Shown here: in pieces, positions 61,468-64,000 of the stretch
How positions within the stretch are numbered: the first letter of the stretch is position 1
Layout: each line of letters begins with the position of its first letter
DNA from: an uncultured Actinomycetota bacterium
GTDB lineage: Bacteria; Actinomycetota; Thermoleophilia; RBG-16-64-13
Length of the DNA stretch: 64,000 nt
Reading direction: 5' to 3'
NCBI GenBank assembly: GCA_963843515.1
Contig: CAWJKH010000004.1
Location: forward strand, 35,867-99,866
Program-made: the position numbers and the translations under genes
Notes under the pieces: generated by a model
What the model saw: only the letters and a program-made list of their open reading frames with translations
The model's database searches: none
What the model was told of the DNA's origin: nothing

Positions 61468-61950
61468 GTGATGGACGACATACGAACAGGCACTGATGCA
61501 GAGGCGATCGCTGGGCTCATCGAGCACTGTGGGCGATCCTTCGACCGGGTCGCAGCCCTGACCAAGGCCCAAGACTCAGAGTGGCTGGCCCTCGACCTTG
61601 GGATGGGCCAGCTCAAAGCCATGATGGTGCTGGTCAAGCAGCGGCAGCTGGCCGTGGGAGGCCTCGCGCGCGCCCTGGGCCTGTCGGAGCCCGCGGCCAG
61701 CCTACTGGTGGACAAGCTGGTCGGCAGGGGCCTCGTGGTCCGCATGACCGATCCAACCGACCGGCGCCGCACGCTGGTGCTCCCCTCGGAAGAGGGCGAC
61801 TTGCTGGTGGAGCGCCTGCGTCGCAGCCGGAGGGAGTCGCTCTCGGGGTGGCTGGAGCAGGTGGAAGAGCGCGACCTCGAGGCGTTGGCGCGAGGGCTGG
61901 ACGCCCTTGCCGACGTCATCGAGCGGGGAGCAGGCCTTGAGAACGCCTGA
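61468..61950 (+). CDS. MarR family transcriptional regulator
   Basis: Winged-helix MarR pattern (..LKAMMVLVKQRQLAVGGLARALGLSEPAASLLVDKLVGRGLVVR..). An extremely AT-rich promoter with TATAAT lies at 61400-61465. Confidence 0.8.
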   Translation: MMDDIRTGTDAEAIAGLIEHCGRSFDRVAALTKAQDSEWLALDLGMGQLKAMMVLVKQRQLAVGGLARALGLSEPAASLLVDKLVGRGLVVRMTDPTDRRRTLVLPSEEGDLLVERLRRSRRESLSGWLEQVEERDLEALARGLDALADVIERGAGLENA

Positions 61951-62015
61951 ACCCGCGCCGGTCCCCGCTCGTGTGCAGACCGGGTCAGCCACTGCGGTGG
62001 TCGCCGCGCCGGCCG

Positions 62016-63652
62016 CCATGCCGGCAGCCGCGGCACCCTGGGGGGAGACCCTCAGCCGGAAGCGCATTGTCTTCGTGCTCATCAGCGTCATGCTGGGGAT
62101 GCTGCTCAGCGCTCTCGACCAGACGGTGGTCGGCACGGCCATGCCTCGGGTCATCGCCGACCTCAATGGCCTGCCGCACTACGCCTGGGTGGCCACGGCG
62201 TACTTGCTGGCTTCCGCGGTCTCGATGCCCATCTGGGGCAAGCTGTCCGATGCCTACGGCCGCAAACGCTTCTTCATGGCGGGGATGGCGGTGTTCATCG
62301 TGGGATCGGTGCTCTGCGGACAGAGCCAGTCGATGACGGAGCTTATCGCCTTCCGGGCCCTGCAAGGCCTGGGCGCCGGGGCCATGATGCCCATCAACCA
62401 GGCCATTATCGGCGACATCTTCCCTCCCGCCGAGCGGGCCAAATGGTCGGGGATCCTCATGAGCGTCTTCGGCTTCGCCACCATCGTGGGCCCGCTGTTG
62501 GGCGGCTGGATAACCGACAACGTCGGTTGGCGCTGGACCTTCTACGTCAACCTTCCCGTCGGGATCGTGGCCCTCGCTTTCGCCGCCTGGGCGCTCCCCG
62601 GGCACGTGCAACTGCGCAAGCATTCCATCGACTGGCTGGGGAGCGGCTTTCTCGTCGTAGCTGCGGTGCCGCTGCTACTCGCCTTCAGCTGGGCGGGGAC
62701 AGAGTATGCCTGGTCGTCTCCGGTCATCATCGGGCTGTTCGTGTTCTCCGCCGCCATGTGGGGCATCTTCTACCTCCGTGAGATGCGGACCGACGAGCCG
62801 GTGCTCAACCCCCGCCTGTTCCAGAACAGCATCTTCACGGTTTCGACGGTGGCGAGCGCCATCCAGTCGGCCGCGATGTTCGGGGCCATCATGTTCTTGC
62901 CGCTGTATGTCCAGGGCGTCATGGGCAAGACGGCGACGAACTCCGGGACCATCCTCATGCCCATGATGCTGGCGGCCATCGTCAGCAGCATCGGTGCCGG
63001 GCAGCTCATTTCCCGCACCGGAAAGTACAAGGCGGTCACGGTGGCCGGTTTTGTCGCCGTGTGCGTGGGAGGGTTCCTGCTCTCCCGGATGACGATCGAC
63101 ACGACGGCTGCGCGTCTCCTCAGCTACATGATCATCATGGGTCTGGGACTCGGCATCGCGATCAGCACCTTCACGGTGATCGTCCAGAACCAGTACCCCT
63201 CTCATCGCCTTGGCGAGGTGAGCGCCGGCCTGCAGTTCTTCCGGACCATCGGGACGACGGTGGGACTGGCGATCTTCGGGACCATCCTCAACACCCGATT
63301 TGCCGAGTCGCTCACTTCCACCCTGCCGGACCAGCTGAAGGTGGTGGCGACCGACCCAGCCTATGCCGGACAGCTGAACAACCCGCAGGTGCTCCTCTCG
63401 GCCCAGGCGAAGACCCATCTGCTCCAGCTCTTCGGCCAGTTCGGCGAGCAGGGCCAGAAGCTGTTCGACTCCTTCATGGAGGCGGTGCGGCGAAGCCTGG
63501 ACCTCGCAATCAGCGACGTCTTCTTCCTGGGATTCCTCATCTCGGTGGCGGGTCTGGTGGTGGTGCTCTTCCTGAAGGAGGTGCCGCTGCGGCGGAGTCA
63601 TTCGCAGACCGTCGAGGAGGCCGGCGAGCTTCAGCCTGAGCCTGAGGCTTAG
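62016..63652 (+). CDS. MFS transporter, DHA2 family
   Basis: 14 TM segments. Located downstream of marR. The start is uncertain: GTG at 61973 or ATG at 62016. Confidence 0.75.
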
Positions 63653-63841
63653 GAGGCTGCGAGGGGTCACTTTTCAGCAGCCTGCCAGCTCGGCATACTC
63701 GCTCTTGACAGGTAAGGGTAGTGAGTGCTCACCTAGTTAGGTGAGCCGAGGCGGCGCCAGGCGCGCAAGGCCTGTCGCCGGCGCCCCGAGGGTGCCGTCT
63801 CGCCGCTCTCAGTTGATGCCCGTCTACGTAGGAGGCGCCGG

Positions 63842-64000
63842 ATGTTCACCGAGATCCTCATCCCCGAGGTCATGCAGTCCATGATTCCCGAAGGCTTCCC
63901 CTTCGATCGGCTCAGTCAGCCCCAGTACAAGGTCAAGGTCGAGAAGGACGTCTTCATCGAGATGCGGGACGGCGTTCACGTGGCCGTCGACGTCTACCGG
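63842..64000 (+). CDS. CocE/NonD family hydrolase paralog (N-terminal fragment, continues beyond window)
   Basis: MFTEILIPEV...SQPQYKVKVEKDVFIEMRDGVHVAVDVYR parallels the N-terminus of the 8482..10338 protein. Confidence 0.6.
   Translation, partial: MFTEILIPEVMQSMIPEGFPFDRLSQPQYKVKVEKDVFIEMRDGVHVAVDVYR

Overview
High-GC (~67%) bacterial chromosomal window, 64 kb. The gene content looks actinobacterial: a UPF0182 membrane protein, a DUF3618/holin-X pair, DUF4332 proteins, msrB and tadA, and many small SnoaL/ABM/SDR-type enzymes.

About 45 protein-coding genes can be supported. These include GT4 and PAP2 genes, a DAG-kinase-like gene, a 12-heme NapC/NirT-type cytochrome c, a STAND NTPase with TPR repeats, CocE/NonD hydrolases, DHA2-type MFS exporters, a TMEM175-like channel, VapBC and MarR. 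Two insertion sequences are present (IS110 family, IS481 family).

Three observations stand out.

1. A previously unrecognised family of interspersed elements occupies about 17 intergenic loci. They are co-oriented, modular and apparently structured, 170-280 nt long. The 3' module mimics a tRNA T-arm plus acceptor strand, and an internal hairpin is kept by compensatory changes. The IS481 copy sits inside one of these elements, and the IS110 copy abuts another.

2. A compact two-gene RiPP-like locus encodes a 70-aa precursor ending in three Cys-Cys pairs and a radical-SAM/SPASM maturase with an N-terminal RRE-like region. A strong hairpin separates the two genes.

3. Gene decay is localised: an ABC transporter operon carries at least eight frameshifts, and a DUF4332 paralog, an SRPBCC gene and the tail of a CDF gene are also disrupted.

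Secondary observations include a vWA two-gene module with a divergent XRE regulator, a low-GC DUF1428 island, and lipid-remodelling operons (GT4 with a PAP2-like gene; DAG kinase with PAP2). No rRNA, genuine tRNA or CRISPR array was found.
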